From the NCBI GenBank assembly GCA_013239625.1, contig MU053758.1:3829490-3893489 (forward strand): DNA of 64,000 nt. Reading direction: 5' to 3'. Numbering within the stretch: position 1 is the first letter of the stretch; each line of letters begins with the position of its first letter. The notes beneath the pieces were generated by a model. It made no database searches. It was not told the origin of the DNA and saw only the letters and a list, made by a program, of their open reading frames with translations. The position numbers and the translations under genes are program-made. The DNA is from Lama guanicoe (taxonomy: Eukaryota). This document shows positions 38,768-52,137 of the stretch, piece by piece.

Positions 38768-40499
38768 AAAAATACCATATATCACTCACATGTGGAATCT
38801 TAAAGAAAAAAACAAAAATGAACTTATGTACAAAACAGAAATGACTCACAGACATAGAAAACAAACTTATGTTTACCAGGGTGGGGGACAGGGGGTGAGG
38901 AGGGATAAATTGGGAGTTTGAGATTTGCGGACACTACTATATATAAAATAAATAGATAAACAACAAGTTCCTACTGTATTGCACAGGGAACTATATTCAA
39001 TATCTTGTAGTAATCTATAATGAAAAAGAATACGAAAAGGAATATATGTATGTGTATGTACGACCGAAACATCATGCTGTACACCAGAAATTGATACATG
39101 TAAACTTTAACTAAACTAAACTAAAAAAAAAAAAAGAATTAATTAAAAGGAAAAGATGAGCTGGACCATACTGCTATTTTTAAATTTCATATAACAAAAT
39201 ATGTGTGCACACAGCGAACGCCACCTCTGACTCATTCACTCCCTCTCCCCAAACCCCTTTCAAACGGAGCCATATCTGTTGAGTATAGAGGTTCCCAGTT
39301 GGAGAAAGATTGCATCCTTAGCTTCTCAGACTGGGATGGATGGAAGACTGGGACACTCATGACTTCTAGCCATGGTTCCTCCCTTCCTGTTATCAAGGAA
39401 GCCAAATTATTCATCAAAAGATTACTTAGTAAACATGGAATCAAAAAAACAATCATGTACACCAAGCTTTTCCTCCCTATGGGTTTTCCATCTAGTGGAC
39501 TCTCACCTTGCCCACCTGAAGGCTCTTTCCCCGCCTCTAAGCATCAGCTGGGATGTCACCTCCTCAGAGGCCTTCTGAAGCCCGTCACTCTCTCATGTCA
39601 TCTTATTTACTTCTTCCTGGGCACCCCTATCACAATATGTCATTTTATTTGTTTATTGTCTCTGTCTTTCACTAGACTCCACGAGGCCAGTAAACCCTGA
39701 CCATCAAGGGACATAAACTGGCAGTCCTGGGGCCAACACACATTTTTTTGTTTGGCTTGCACTGTGTTTTTCAAAAAGTTAAATTTATCAGCAATATTTA
39801 AAGACCAAGAGATTTTACATAAATCTCTGGAAGGTCAGGTTTCCTTGAAAAAGACGGGCACAAAGGGCTGGAGGTGCTGCAGCCTCTGGTTCTCACCTCG
39901 GGCCCCTACCACACCCCATGACATCACATTTGCCTGTCTGCACTCCTTTATCTTACCTGCCTGGCCCCGGAGGCCTTTGGAGTTTAAACCCACGCTACAT
40001 ACCCCTGCAACTAAGGTTATTTCAATTACTAAACCTAAAGTGCAAGAAAGGTCGACTGTGTTAAAGGAAATATTTCAACCACACTCTGGGAAGGCTCTAC
40101 CTACCCCACACAATTCATATGACACAAAGGACCCCCTTCTGGTCCGTGGATTCTTCTTGGACCTCAGAACCAGCGTTCCTCTCCCCTGAACTCGAGCTAA
40201 TGATCCAGGCGGGCTTTCCTTGGATTATCTAAATAATAATATTTTAAAGTAGATCAATCCATTTTTAGATTAGATTCCTCTAAGTTATAAGTTAATCTAA
40301 ATGATAAAGTTAAGGTTATGGCTATGCTATTGTACGTTGATTTTATTTAAAAGTGCCGCCCTAAATCTATAAAGATAATAATCTGTAAAGTAGGGAGTGA
40401 GTGGGTAGTTGGGTGGGTATGAGACAGGGGTAATCTGTCTTGTTTGGGAGGCGCAGTATTTAAATCCCCTCTAAAAGTGCCAATCTGCCCAAGAAAACC

Positions 40500-40860
40500 C
40501 TCCTTCCTGCAACAGGATCAAGAACGCGACAGAGAACATACTGCGCAGGCGCGCCCAAAACCTCGGCCAGTTTTCCGCGCCGCCTAGACGCCTTCCTCCA
40601 GCACTGCGCAGGCGCCTAAAAAGACCAACTTTTCCCTCCCCCTTCCACCTCTCCTCTGGTCCATAGGACGCCCTCCCGCGGCGCACGGGTCCTGCGCAAG
40701 CGCTGTCCCGCATCCCGGCCCCCGGACCAATTGGAAGCGGCGGCGCCCGGTCGCAGGGAGCACGACGCCGTGGGTGGGGCCGGGACGTGAGGGCAGCGCG
40801 CTGGCGTCACAGGGGCGGCTATATAAGTGAATACAGGCGCCGCCCCTCCGCCCCAGTCAC
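40500..40860 (+). promoter_or_regulatory. EIF1: EIF1 CpG-island promoter (island extends to ~41600)
   Basis: Two NRF1-type TGCGCAGGCGC motifs (40542, 40605), CCAAT at 40727, CRE-like TGGCGTCA at 40802, GC box at 40812, TATATAA at 40820-40826. Confidence 0.85.
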
Positions 40861-40993
40861 TGAGCCGCCGCCGAGGACTCAGCAGCCTCCCCCTTGAGCC
40901 CCCTCGCTTCCCGACGCTCCGTCCCCCCTGCCCGCCTTCTCCCGCCGCCGCCTTCCGCAGGCCGTTTCCACCGAGGAAAAGGAATCGTATCGT

Positions 40994-42488
40994 ATGTCCG
41001 CTATCCAGAACCTCCACTCTTTCGGTAGGTCGCGGGAAGGTCCCAAGTGAATGAAGGCCCGGGTGGGCCGCTGGGGCTCCCTGGGCCCGCGTACAGGACC
41101 TGGCAAGCTGCTAAGCGTGCTGGGTTTTCGTAAACTTTGGCAGGGGGAGGGTATCAGGGCTTACGGGCAGCGACGCCGCGGCGTGGGCCTTGTGGTTGGC
41201 CCCTGAGAGCGACCGGAAGGAGCGGGCGGGAGGTCAGCCCTTGGGCGGGCCCAGCGTTTCGGGTGGCGCATTTACTAATGGCCTCCAGGTTCCTTAGGGC
41301 CACACCCGCCCCACCCGCCACCCCTGCGTCACGTCCGTTACGTCAACGCCGTTGTCACGGAGCCTAGAGGGGGAGGCGGCACCAGCCCTAAGTGACAAAT
41401 GCGCTCGCCAATGGGGCGGGAAGCGTGGCCCCGCCTCGGAGCTCGGGTTCCGGCCGGTTGCATCAGCCGGGTGGGGCGCTGCGGGCCAGCCCTGGCTCCC
41501 CCGACACGTGATCGGCTTCCGAGGGCGGGCCTGGGACAGCAGGCCCAGGCTTTCTCCGAGGTTGGGGAAGCCGGCTGTCCCGGACTGACCTGTTCCGGGA
41601 GAGCCAACAAAGGACATACCAGATCTGACTCAAGCCCTAACGATTTCAGTGTCAGTTTCTGCATGGGCAGAAGATCCAGTGGGAGGGTGACAGTGGCATC
41701 TGAGCACGGTAATTCTAAATGCGCTTGACCTTTTTTCTCAGACCCCTTTGCTGATGCAAGTAAGGGTGATGATCTGCTTCCTGCTGGCACTGAAGATTAT
41801 ATCCATATAAGAATTCAACAGAGAAACGGCAGGAAAACCCTTACCACTGTCCAAGGGATCGCTGATGATTACGATAAAAAGAAATTGGTGAAGGCGTTTA
41901 AGAAGGTAGGTTTTTAAGGAGATGTTAGGAAAATCGTATGACTTGTCTACACGGGGGTGCTGTATTGTATTACTTCCTGAAAGGGAAGATTATTACTTTA
42001 AAGCTGTTGCTTGGCCTAATTTGTTTTGGTTGCAATGTCTTTGCAGAAATTTGCCTGCAATGGTACTGTAATTGAGCATCCAGAATATGGAGAAGTGATT
42101 CAGCTACAGGGTGACCAGCGCAAGAACATATGTCAGTTCCTCGTAGAGGTGAGTTCAGTCACTTCTTGATAGTACATTTGTGCCTCTGCCCTGGCTAACT
42201 AATCTCAGATCCTGTTTTAAGTTGCTGGCAGACAGGTGCTAAAGTAGGCTATCTGGTTAGCTGTTGCTAAGTGCTAAAATCCTGTTACACAGTTGGTGGT
42301 TTGACTTAGTATCCTGAGTTCAGAGCATTTTGGCTCTGGGACTGCTCTTGCCTAGTGTAGAAGCAGGAAGACAGGATTGTTGTCATCAGAAATGGAGCCT
42401 TTAACTTTATTCCGTCTTTAAAACTGCTGTTTTTTCTTTGCAGATTGGACTGGCTAAGGACGACCAGCTGAAGGTTCATGGGTTTTAA
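40994..42488 (+). CDS. EIF1: Eukaryotic translation initiation factor 1 (SUI1), 113 aa; join(40994..41024,41742..41905,42047..42148,42444..42488)
   Basis: Spliced translation MSAIQNLHSFDPFADASKGDDLLPAGTEDYIHIRIQQRNGRKTLTTVQGIADDYDKKKLVKAFKKKFACNGTVIEHPEYGEVIQLQGDQRKNICQFLVEIGLAKDDQLKVHGF*; all introns GT-AG; 342 nt. Confidence 0.99.
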
Positions 42489-42642
42489 GTGCTTTTGGCT
42501 CACTGAAGCTTAAGTGAGGATTTCCTTGCAATGAGTAGAATTTCCCTTCTGTCCCTTGTCACAAGTTTAAAAACCTCACCGCTTGTATGATGTAACCATT
42601 TGGGGTCTGCTTTTAACTTGGACTAGTGTAACTCCTTCATGC

Positions 42643-42648
42643 AATAAA
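42643..42648 (+). terminator. EIF1: EIF1 proximal polyadenylation signal
   Basis: AATAAA ~155 nt after the stop codon. Confidence 0.75.
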
Positions 42649-43296
42649 CTGAAAAGAGCCATGCTGTCTAGTCTTGAAGTCCCTCATTTGAACAGAGGTC
42701 AAGCAGTAGGTGCCTGGCAGTGTCCAGCCTGAAACAAAGCAATAACGTGATGTTTCGGCCAAGTCCAGAGCCCCAAGATCACAGACGGCTATGTCTGGCC
42801 AGAAGCTCCTCGGCAGTCCCTTCACAGAGTTCCCTGCCCTGAGAGAATGTCACCACCTGAACAGCCCTTGTTGAGGCCGATAGGAGAGGATGGGGTAAGG
42901 CAGCAGCAGCAGCTGCACTGCTAGAGGGAGCCTTTGGTCGTCGGGGAAAGATCCCCTGGTGTCCCCAGCGCTACCAGCTGGACAGAGCTTAGAGCAGCCT
43001 CCTCCTCTCTAGCGAGGTGACAGGATGTGTGGCTCGCCGCCAAGGTCTTTTTGACCAGACATATCCTAGCTAATCAATGTCCAAACTAGAATGTGAGGCT
43101 CATTCTATCAGAGTTAAACTTTTGACAAGGGAACAAATTTCAAACGGATGTCAGTCACGTAGCTGTAGAGCTTGCAACTTACTAGCGACAGCTGCCCAAT
43201 GCCATGTGAAGTAACAAACTGGTTTTTGGTTTTGGTTTTGTTTTCTTTTTTCCCCTTCAGTTTTAATGTTATGTAATGTATTTAAACCCTTATTTA

Positions 43297-43302
43297 AATA
43301 AA
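43297..43302 (+). terminator. EIF1: EIF1 distal polyadenylation signal
   Basis: AATAAA preceded by a U-rich tract with TGTA motifs. Confidence 0.75.
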
Positions 43303-44298
43303 ACTTGTTTTCAGAAACATCTGACTTGCAGATTCTGCTTAATCCATGGTCAGTCTCGTACATGTGGGAGAACCACAGAAATAGCAGTAGAGGACACGTC
43401 TGCACCCGCCGTTCAGCTGGGTCCTGAATGTCTTAGCCAAGAGCAGCTTCAGTGAGCTTGTCCCGCCACGCTCCCTGTAAGCGTTTAGTCAGAGCAGGCT
43501 GTCCCATTCATCGATGTCCTGAAGGAAGGTGCTACTTGGCTGATAGACACTTGGCCCCCTGCCCAAGTGACTTAGTGGTTGTGGAGGAACTTGCCTCGAG
43601 ATGACAGTACAGTTGGAAACCGGAGTTCCCTCGGTAACAAACTCTTGTCTTAAAGGGCTGTGACAAAAGGGTAAATGTGGTGTGGAGCTTGATCTAACTC
43701 ACAAACCCCTAGGAAAGGTGTAACAAAAGTGTGCACTTTTTCTAGAGAAGATGTGTAGAGTTCAGCGACTAAGGTGTTTGAGATGCTGAAATTTAATTTT
43801 GGGAGGTCATCCCTTGACAAAACACAATGAACAGTGAAGTGCATCAAAGCCTGTTATTGGGGCAATTACGTTAAACAAAATTCACCCAGTATGTGGATTA
43901 TGAACTGGTCCTAAAATACAGACTTCAAACCCCTGAGGATGGTCATAAGGAATTAACACTTCCCTGTTTGTCGCCAGCCGCATTGTGAGTTGTAGAGGCC
44001 AACCTGCATGCAGCCTGTGAAGTGTGTAGAAGAGGAGGGCTGTTAAAAGGCTGAATCGGTAACTACCCTGAAAAAAAGATTCTAACCCCAGAGGCAGAGG
44101 CTTATACAACATAAGGTCCTACGAAACTGATCTGTGCAGTAGACACAGAACTTACTGCTTGGCTCCAAGCATAGTGGCATTGTTCAAAACAGTTGGGTGA
44201 TAAGTCGGTAAGATTTGCAGCAGAAGGGCTTAGAGGAGCTTCTAAAACAACCTGGAAGCCAAACCCCCTTGTGGCATCAGCATCAAAAACGTTTCACT

Positions 44299-44436
44299 GG
44301 GTGGGAGGGTGTAGCTCAGTGGTAGAGAGTGCTTAGCATGCGTAAGGTGCTGGGTTCAATCCCCAGTACCTCCGTTAAGAAATAAGTGAACCTAATTCCT
44401 TCCCTCCTTCATGAAAAAAAATTAATTAAAAAAAAG
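44299..44436 (+). mobile_element. tRNA-derived SINE
   Basis: GTGTAGCTCAGTGGTAGAG...GGTTCAATCCCCAGTACCTCC plus A-rich tail. Confidence 0.85.
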
Positions 44437-47400
44437 TCACTGTTCACAGGTGCTATTCACTGTTGACTATTACTTTGAAATCAAGAGCTCCTTGACTGAC
44501 TAACTTTTAAGGAGCTAGACATTACTTAAAAATTAGCACAGAATCTGAGGCTTTGTGTAATTTCTTCTCTTGGACTCTGTTAAATCCTCCCAATTCAAAT
44601 ATTCACAAAGTGCACTGTTCTTGGGGGAACTTACTAAAACTTCACAGATTCTAGACCTCACCTAGTTTTGCAGGACTGGGTATTAGCTAAAAAGATTCTA
44701 GAGAAAGGAGAATATTAATTCTTTTTAACAACTTAGAATTGTAAAATTTATAAACATCTTTTCAAAAATGTTGCAGAAAATGTATGTTTCTTTGGCCTGT
44801 GGGTATATTTTACCCATTTGGTACGAGGTGTGATGGCGCCTCTTAAGGATGTTATAGAGGCCTACAAATTCCAGGAAATAGCCCTGCCTTTAGGGCCAGA
44901 GATTCTGATCCAGAGGCCCTGATACGGGGCCCAAGAACTGGCCTCTTTAACCAGAATCAGCCAGTTCCTATGGGAGGGCCACAGACCACGCTTGGGGAAA
45001 CACTGCTGTGGCTAATGGGGAGCTACGGAGGGAACAGGGGCAAGAGAAGCATCGTCAGAGCTAAACTTCAGGAAAAGCAATCGAGAGTACTGTATTTAAA
45101 GATGGTTGAAAAAGGGGTAACTGGGGCTCAGAACTTAATTACCAGCACATGAGAAACCAACCCTTGAGACTTTGACCATATATAATGTAGAGGTGTGCAT
45201 TTTCTTTGAGACTGTCCATAGCTTTTATCAAATTCTTTTTAAAAAGAGCCCACTACCCAAAAAGAGTTAAGAATCACTGGTCCATGGCTTCCTCCTGATG
45301 CTTACAAAGCCTCAGGGATTATCAAAGATTTTCCAGGCACATCACTACAAGCAGTAACCATGCCTATTTCAATATCGATTTGTTAAAATTAATAACTATT
45401 TAAAACATTTTAAATCATCTCTAAAACCAAGCGTGTGTTGGGCAGAAGGTGCACACGCGGCGACCAGACTCCACGGCGCTCAGAAGCCTGTGCGTGACTC
45501 ACTCGCTGCACTAGCCGTCATCCAGCCGGAGCCATCAGATCGTTGTGAGGTTTAAAATGTCTTTAACCTTAGTCCTTTATGGTTAATTTATACCCAGAAT
45601 GGACAATTGGATGAAAACAGGAAGCACAGAAAACACAGAGGTTGAAAATATAACGTGGGAGCATAAACATGCAGTCATTCTGTGTGTGTGTCAAGTCATT
45701 GATTCTCACTCCATTTCTGTGAAACCAAACACAGAACCAAGTCAGGCGCAGGGAGATTGCAACTTAGCTAGGTTCCCGGGTCCACCCTGGAGACAGGACT
45801 AAAGACCCCTCTGCTCAGCCTCAGCTGGGAGCTTGTTAGATGTGCAGAATTTCAACCCCACCCCAGACTTACTGAATCAATCTTCATTTTAACAATCTTC
45901 ATTAACAAAGTTTGAGAAGCACCGATTTGGACCATAAAGTTAGCAGACCTCGTATCGTGATCTGCAAACTGCTTAAAGAAAGATAGTAACACTGTGACTT
46001 TAAATTTTTTGTAAGTGCATTTTCCATTCTAGTTTTAGATCTGCCTTGAAAGGCAAAAAAACAGACAGTTGAAGTACGGTTAGCAACAGTCATGAGCTGA
46101 ATCCGGACTGAGTACTCTTTCACTAGCTGAGAGGCGCAGAGAACCCCGGCTGGCACAGCAATCAGCTGAGGAGCTCTTCCATGGTACCAGGCCCGAGCTT
46201 AGTGCCCTCAGAGCCTCAAGCCAGAACTCCCAGGGTGGCCCATGGGTGATGGTGGTCTCCCCATTCACCACCATCGAATGCCATCACCTACCAGACCTGC
46301 AGGTCCCGTTCATCTGATTAAGGTTGTCAAAGGCAATGTCGAAGGAGAAAACACAGTGATGGCTGAATCAAATTTGGTTTTGTGCCTTAGTTTCTTCGGC
46401 TATAAACCAGGGACAATCATGTCACCCTCCTCATGGGGTTATGGTGAGGATTAGAAGACATAATGCTTGTAAAGCGCTTACCATGAGGGCCTGGCCATAG
46501 AAGTGCTCCCTAAATTTTAATCACCGTCATTCTGAGAAGAGGGAGCAGACAAAGTGTTAGAAATGTCAGAAGGCTTTCATGCAGGAGAGCTTCAAGTTCC
46601 AGGGGGAGGGACAAGGATCACCTCCTTAATCCCCCCACCAACCACCCATGGAGCCTTAAGCTCATATCATACCATCTCCTCTTCAAGAGAAGAGGAACAA
46701 AGACCCTCTTGATCAATATTGTGTCAACAGGGTCAGCACAGTGCCTGCCCTCAAGTGAGCACTTAGAAAATTCTTGTTGAATAAATAGATGAATGAATGA
46801 ATTGATGAATGAAAGAATGAAAAAGTGAAGACACAAGGTCTCTAGGCAGGCAGGAGGGTCTGGGATGAAGGACCCTGGTGGAGGGGCTGATCTTGAACAG
46901 GGCTACACACTCTCCAGTGATGGCAGGAGGGAGAAAACGATGGACAGTGGTCTTGGACAACTGTGGCCATGGCGAAGGGAAGGGGACTGACATCAGATGA
47001 CCTTGACAGTGAGGGGAGAGATGATTCACCGCGTTGCCAGGCAAAAACCCAGCTGCAAAATATTAATCTGCCGTCGAATCAACTGGCCACTTTCAGGAAC
47101 TTTCCTGCTTGCAGGGAGAGGAAGACAGGATGTGAGGAATGCATGGTGGCATCCTCCGGCAGGAACTGGGGTCCAGCCTAGCAGGATCTGAAGCAGGACA
47201 GGGGCAGCAGTCCAGGTGTACAGAGCTGAAATGACAAACCGTGCGGCCCAAGCTGGGGAGGGAGGAAGGTGAGACCAGGAAGGGTAGGCGGGTGTGGGGA
47301 CCCACACAGGGCAGGAACTGGAGGTCATGGCAAAGGCAGACTCAGCAGGAGCTGGGCTGCAGGCGAGAGGGTGGGTCACGTGGGTGAGGAGAAGCAGCAG

Positions 47401-49294
47401 CCCTCGGAGACCAAGACCAATCAGGTTCACAACTCAGCCCCTCACCTCCTACCTATGGGGCCTGGAGCAAGCACCTCCACCCGCCTGACCTTCTTAAAAT
47501 TCACCTGAGCAGAGTTCCTGCATGGAGGAGCTTTTAGAATTACTTTCTCATTCAAAACCACTGTCTGAAAAATAAAATAAAACAAAATAAAACCACTGCC
47601 TGACATTGCCAAACAAAACGCTTTCCATGTTCAAACACAGAGAAAAGTTCAAACACACAGAAAAGTTGAATTTTAATGTGAACATTCCTATGCCCACCTC
47701 CTAGGTTCTATCATTTCTATTTTCTGTTCTTCATCCCATATGTCTGTCTGTCCATGTAAGTTTTTATGCATTTTTAAATAAATGCACAGTACAATTCACC
47801 CTAAGCATTTCATTCACTAGAGTTCAACAGTTGTTACCATTTTTTTAAATAAAATTTACATACAATGGAATGCACACATCCTAAGTGTGCACTCAGTAGG
47901 TTTTGACCAAAATGTGCCTTTAGTGGGTTTTGATAGTCTGCAAACAGGGTTCTGGCCTTGAGTTTGAGTTTTAAGTGAGATCACATGCCCTAGGAGCCCT
48001 CACTTGGCAGTGGAAGGCCTTATTGTTAAGATACCAGAGGCAAAACGGGCCCCAGGGTGGAGGCCAGGATGTGACCAGGGCTGTGGGAAGCAGGAGCTAG
48101 CCTGAGGCCTGCATGGAGGAGGGAGCGTTCACCTGCAGGGGAGGGCTCCAGGGACTATTGCAGGGAAGTGTGAGGAGGAAAATCATCAAGATCAGGGGGA
48201 GAATATTCTGGAAATCAGCAGGCTGCCGCAGCAGTGCAAATAAGACTGTGGGAATGAGAATACCAGTAATAACAGCAGGCTCTTCTTTAGAAATTACCAC
48301 GTGTCAGAGACCAAGTGAACGCTGCAGGCCCCTCCTTGAACCCTCACCACCGCCCTCCACGTGGGTACCGGTATCCCCTCAAATCTGCAACTCGCCTTAG
48401 GGCGCAGTCAGGAAGTGCCAAAGCCAGGATTTGAGCTCAGGATGGCAGAGCGCCCTGGTCCTGTCCTTTTTTATACACAAATGCTGGTCCTGCACACAGA
48501 CTCCAGCGAGGTGACAGGCCTGGGACGAGGCCCATGCATGGGGGTGGGAGTAGAGCTCCCCGGGTGATCCTCTGTGAAGCGTGGGCTGAGAGTGGTACAG
48601 GCCCAGATGGGCATCAGAGAAGGTGAGAGGGGGCAGCCAGGAGGGAAGGCAGAGGCTGGGGCGGGGGCCCCTCTGCTCTCTCTCCTGTCACCTGGCCCCT
48701 GAGGTTGGCGGGCCACCTCCCCGGCTCAGCCTGAGAGCAGCACTCGGGCTGTCCTCTTGGTCCTGCTACCTTACGACCCTCAGAGAGCAAGTGAGGCCAG
48801 AAGTCGTGAACCACCTCCCTGTCCCCAGCCCCTGCCCTGGGAGGGATCATGGATGCCCAGGTGGACACGAACACCCCCAAGAATCACTGTTTGTCCCAGC
48901 ACCTTCACACCCTCCCAGGCCCCGTTGCCTAGGGCGGGGGGCTGAGTCATCCTCAACCGGTCCCTTTTCCACTATTAATAACTGATTAGGAAGTCAAGGC
49001 ACTGCCTCCCCAACAGCCGTGCATCAGAGGTTTCCCGGCTGGTCCTGGCAGGTGGGATGTGGTCAGGTGCTCAGAGTTGTCCTGGAAAGAGTCTCCCTCC
49101 TGGAAACTTCTCCCCTTGACCGGGAACCATTGTTATTGTCTATATTTTGTGCTCTTCTCCCCAAGAATCTAAACTCCACCAAAGTGATGAAAGGAACAGT
49201 CATAGACACCTCTCATCCCTGGGGCCTCATCCAGACCCTGGTTTACAGCACATGCTCAAAAACTGGAATGAATGCAGAATCAATGACCAGTCCA

Positions 49295-49448
49295 GGCAGG
49301 AGGGTATAGCTCAGTGGTAGAGTGCATGCCTAGCATGCAGAAGGTCCTAGGTTCAATCCCCAGTACCTCCACCAGGAGAAACAAATAAATAGATAAACCT
49401 AATTATTTCCCCCACAAAAAAAATTAAAAACTTTTTAATTAAAAAAAT
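49295..49448 (+). mobile_element. tRNA-derived SINE
   Basis: GGGTATAGCTCAGTGGTAGAGTGCATGCCTAGCATG...GGTTCAATCCCCAGTACCTCC plus A-rich tail. Confidence 0.85.
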
Positions 49449-49559
49449 GTAATCAGTTCAATCCCACGATGAACATCTCCCTTAACTGCATTTGAAAAAT
49501 CACATGAAAACTAACGCAGGGCCAGTTCTCACTGACAGAAACCTTCCAAAGGCTGGAAC

Positions 49560-50130
49560 CCATTGGATTCATTTTCTGTTATTGCCATAATAAATTACCA
49601 CACACTTAGAAGCTGAAAACACCACAGAAGCTCATTCCTCACAGTTCTGTAGGTTACAAGTCCCGGTAGAGCATGGCAAGGTGTCACCAGAGATGCTGAG
49701 ACAAATGTAAGTTCAAGCTCACCCATGTTGCTGGCCAAATTCAGTTCTTTTCAGTTGTGGGGCTGATGCACCTGTTGCTGGTGGCTGTCAGTAGGGACCA
49801 CTTAGTTCCTTAAGGCCATCTTCATCCCTCATCTCATTGCCCTCCCCATATCTTCAAAGCAGCAAGGGCTATTCCTGTTCACCCTGCAAATCTCTGTTCA
49901 TCCTTCAGCCGCATCACTTCCACCTCCAGCTGAGGAATGTTCTTGGCCTTTAAGGGTTTATCTGATTAATTTGGGCTCACTCAGATAATCCAGGATAAAC
50001 TTCCTATTGCAAAGTCTGTAACCTGACTCACATGTGCAATGTCTCTTTTGCCATGCAATGTCACGTACTCACAGGTCCCAATGATTGGGATGTGGATATT
50101 TCTAGGGGAACATTTTTCTGCCCACCATAC
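49560..50130 (-). mobile_element. MaLR (MLT1-type) solo LTR
   Basis: ATAATAAATTACCACACACTTAG, CTCACAGTTCTGTAGGTT, GATAATCCAGGATAA, CTTTTGCCATG and terminal TTCTGCCCACCA. Confidence 0.7.
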
Positions 50131-51934
50131 CCCTACTGGGAGGAGAAAGAGCCCAAAACTAGGAGGACAGAGACCTGAGTTTCAGGCCCAGCCCTCCTTG
50201 GTCATGTAAACTCAGGACAGGGATTTCTTCACCTCAGTGAAGCCTCAGTTTCCTTATCTGTAGAATGGGGTCACGCTAGCACTGATGTCCTAGGATAATG
50301 GTAAAGAGCAACTTCATTCATGCAAAGGGCTTATCAGTGCCCGGCACTCAACATGGTCATTACTATGAGATCAGGGGCAGGGTCCACAGATCTTGTCACA
50401 TTCCCCCTTCACCGCAGACCTGTGAGGTAGGAACGAATGATTCCCATTTCACAGATGAGGTTAACTGAGAGGATAAGGTGAGAAGATGTTGACAAATTAC
50501 TTGCCCACAATGTTCTGGGCACTTCGCACAGTGCTTTATGGACATCGATATCACAAGACTCCTCCCCCAGTTACTTTCCTCATTTCCTGGGAGAGAAAAC
50601 AACTCAGAGAGAGGGAGCAGTCTGCCCAAAGCTCAACAGCTAGAAAAGGGCAGGGCCAGGAACCGCTCCCTTTGTCATTAGATAAGGTTCCCTCGTGAGG
50701 GGAACATGCAGTTTCTGTGATTGTGAGCCCTCCCTGCGTGCCCACCAGCGCCCGCCCACAGCAGCCCTCCACCATCACCTGTTGATGCGGGAGTACCCAC
50801 TTCTGTTAGGTGAAATGGCCACCCCTCCTGCCAGCAACCAGCCTGTGGAAGAACAGTGAAGGGAGTATAACCCCCTCCTCAGTGGAAATCATGTCTTGGG
50901 CCAGTACCCAGGACTCTGCTGGAAGATTACCATTTCCCGTTACCACAGCAACACGGACGTCTCTATTCCCCTAGGATGTGAGCAGATCTGCTCCTCCCCT
51001 CTTTCTCCCAAGCCTCCTCAATGTCCCTTCCATCTCTGACAAACTGTGATTCAACTAATTATTACCAATGCCTGCCCCGTTTTTGTCACTTTCATTTATT
51101 CCATCTGCTGAGTCACTGAGTCCTGCTCCGGATAAAGAGTGGTTATTCACCAGAACATTCGGCCGCTGGTTGCCATGGACACCTCACAGCTCGCTTCCCT
51201 CATCACCTGTTCATTCTCAGCAAAGCTGGCTGTGAGCGTGGGTACCACGGCCCCTTATGCAGGACCCAGGGGGCATCAAAACTCCCCCAGACAAGGAGGG
51301 GCCCTGATGACTCATAAACAAGAACAGAAGCTCTAGTCTCAAGCGTTGAAAAATCAACAACAGCCTAGAGCTAGCTAGTTACATCCATTCAAACCAGGTC
51401 CAGGCAGCAGTTTAGCAAATAAGCCAACCAAAAGGTACCGTTTGGTTTTCTGGTACATTCAGGCAAACACTGCAGTCTCTCTGCTAACCATTTTAAGATG
51501 TATTTTTATATTGAAAAGTGTAGATCACTGTCTCATTTTGAAAACAAAATGAAAGAGACAAAGTGCAGGAGACTCAAGGAACTGGTTGGGAACGGGGGTT
51601 GCCAGGGGTTGGGGAGGAGGGGCAGACCTAAGAGATGGAGGGGGCCACAGGCTAAGTCCAGCCCAGCACAGAGGGTCTGGGAGCCGGAGGGAGGGGGAGA
51701 CTCGGGGTTTTCCAGGTGAGGTAGGTGTCGAGGGGTTCAGAGTCAACCAGGATGCAGCCACCAGGCAGAGAGAGCAGGACCATCAGCCCATGGCCCATTG
51801 CTCCTGATAACTATGACACGTCCTGTTTGCAGAGCCCGGAAGAGGGGACAGGGGATCAATACATCACTCCATGTTCACACACTCCTTGCTTTTCAAACAT
51901 CGACGTGAAGATCACCTCCCCTTCCCTTCCCTTC

Positions 51935-52137
51935 CCCCACATCTGGATGATTGACTAAATGACAGGGCTGGGGGTGAGGGGTTGGGGGATAGAGGTACCT
52001 GTGCCCATTCCTGTTCCTGGGGCACCTGGCCTCCTGGGAGGGGCCTGAGGGTTTTATAAGTCAGGGCTGGGGCACCGAGCAGAGCAGAGAACTGAGGCAC
52101 CAGGCCACCAGCAGCAACTCGCCTCTCAGCTCTGCAG
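51935..52137 (+). promoter_or_regulatory. GAST: Gastrin proximal promoter and non-coding exon 1 (~52085-52137)
   Basis: E-box CATCTG at ~51940, G-rich element at 51964-51988, TTTATAA at 52053-52059, donor CTCTGCAG|GTGAG at 52137; acceptor at 52464, five nt before the ATG. Confidence 0.8.
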
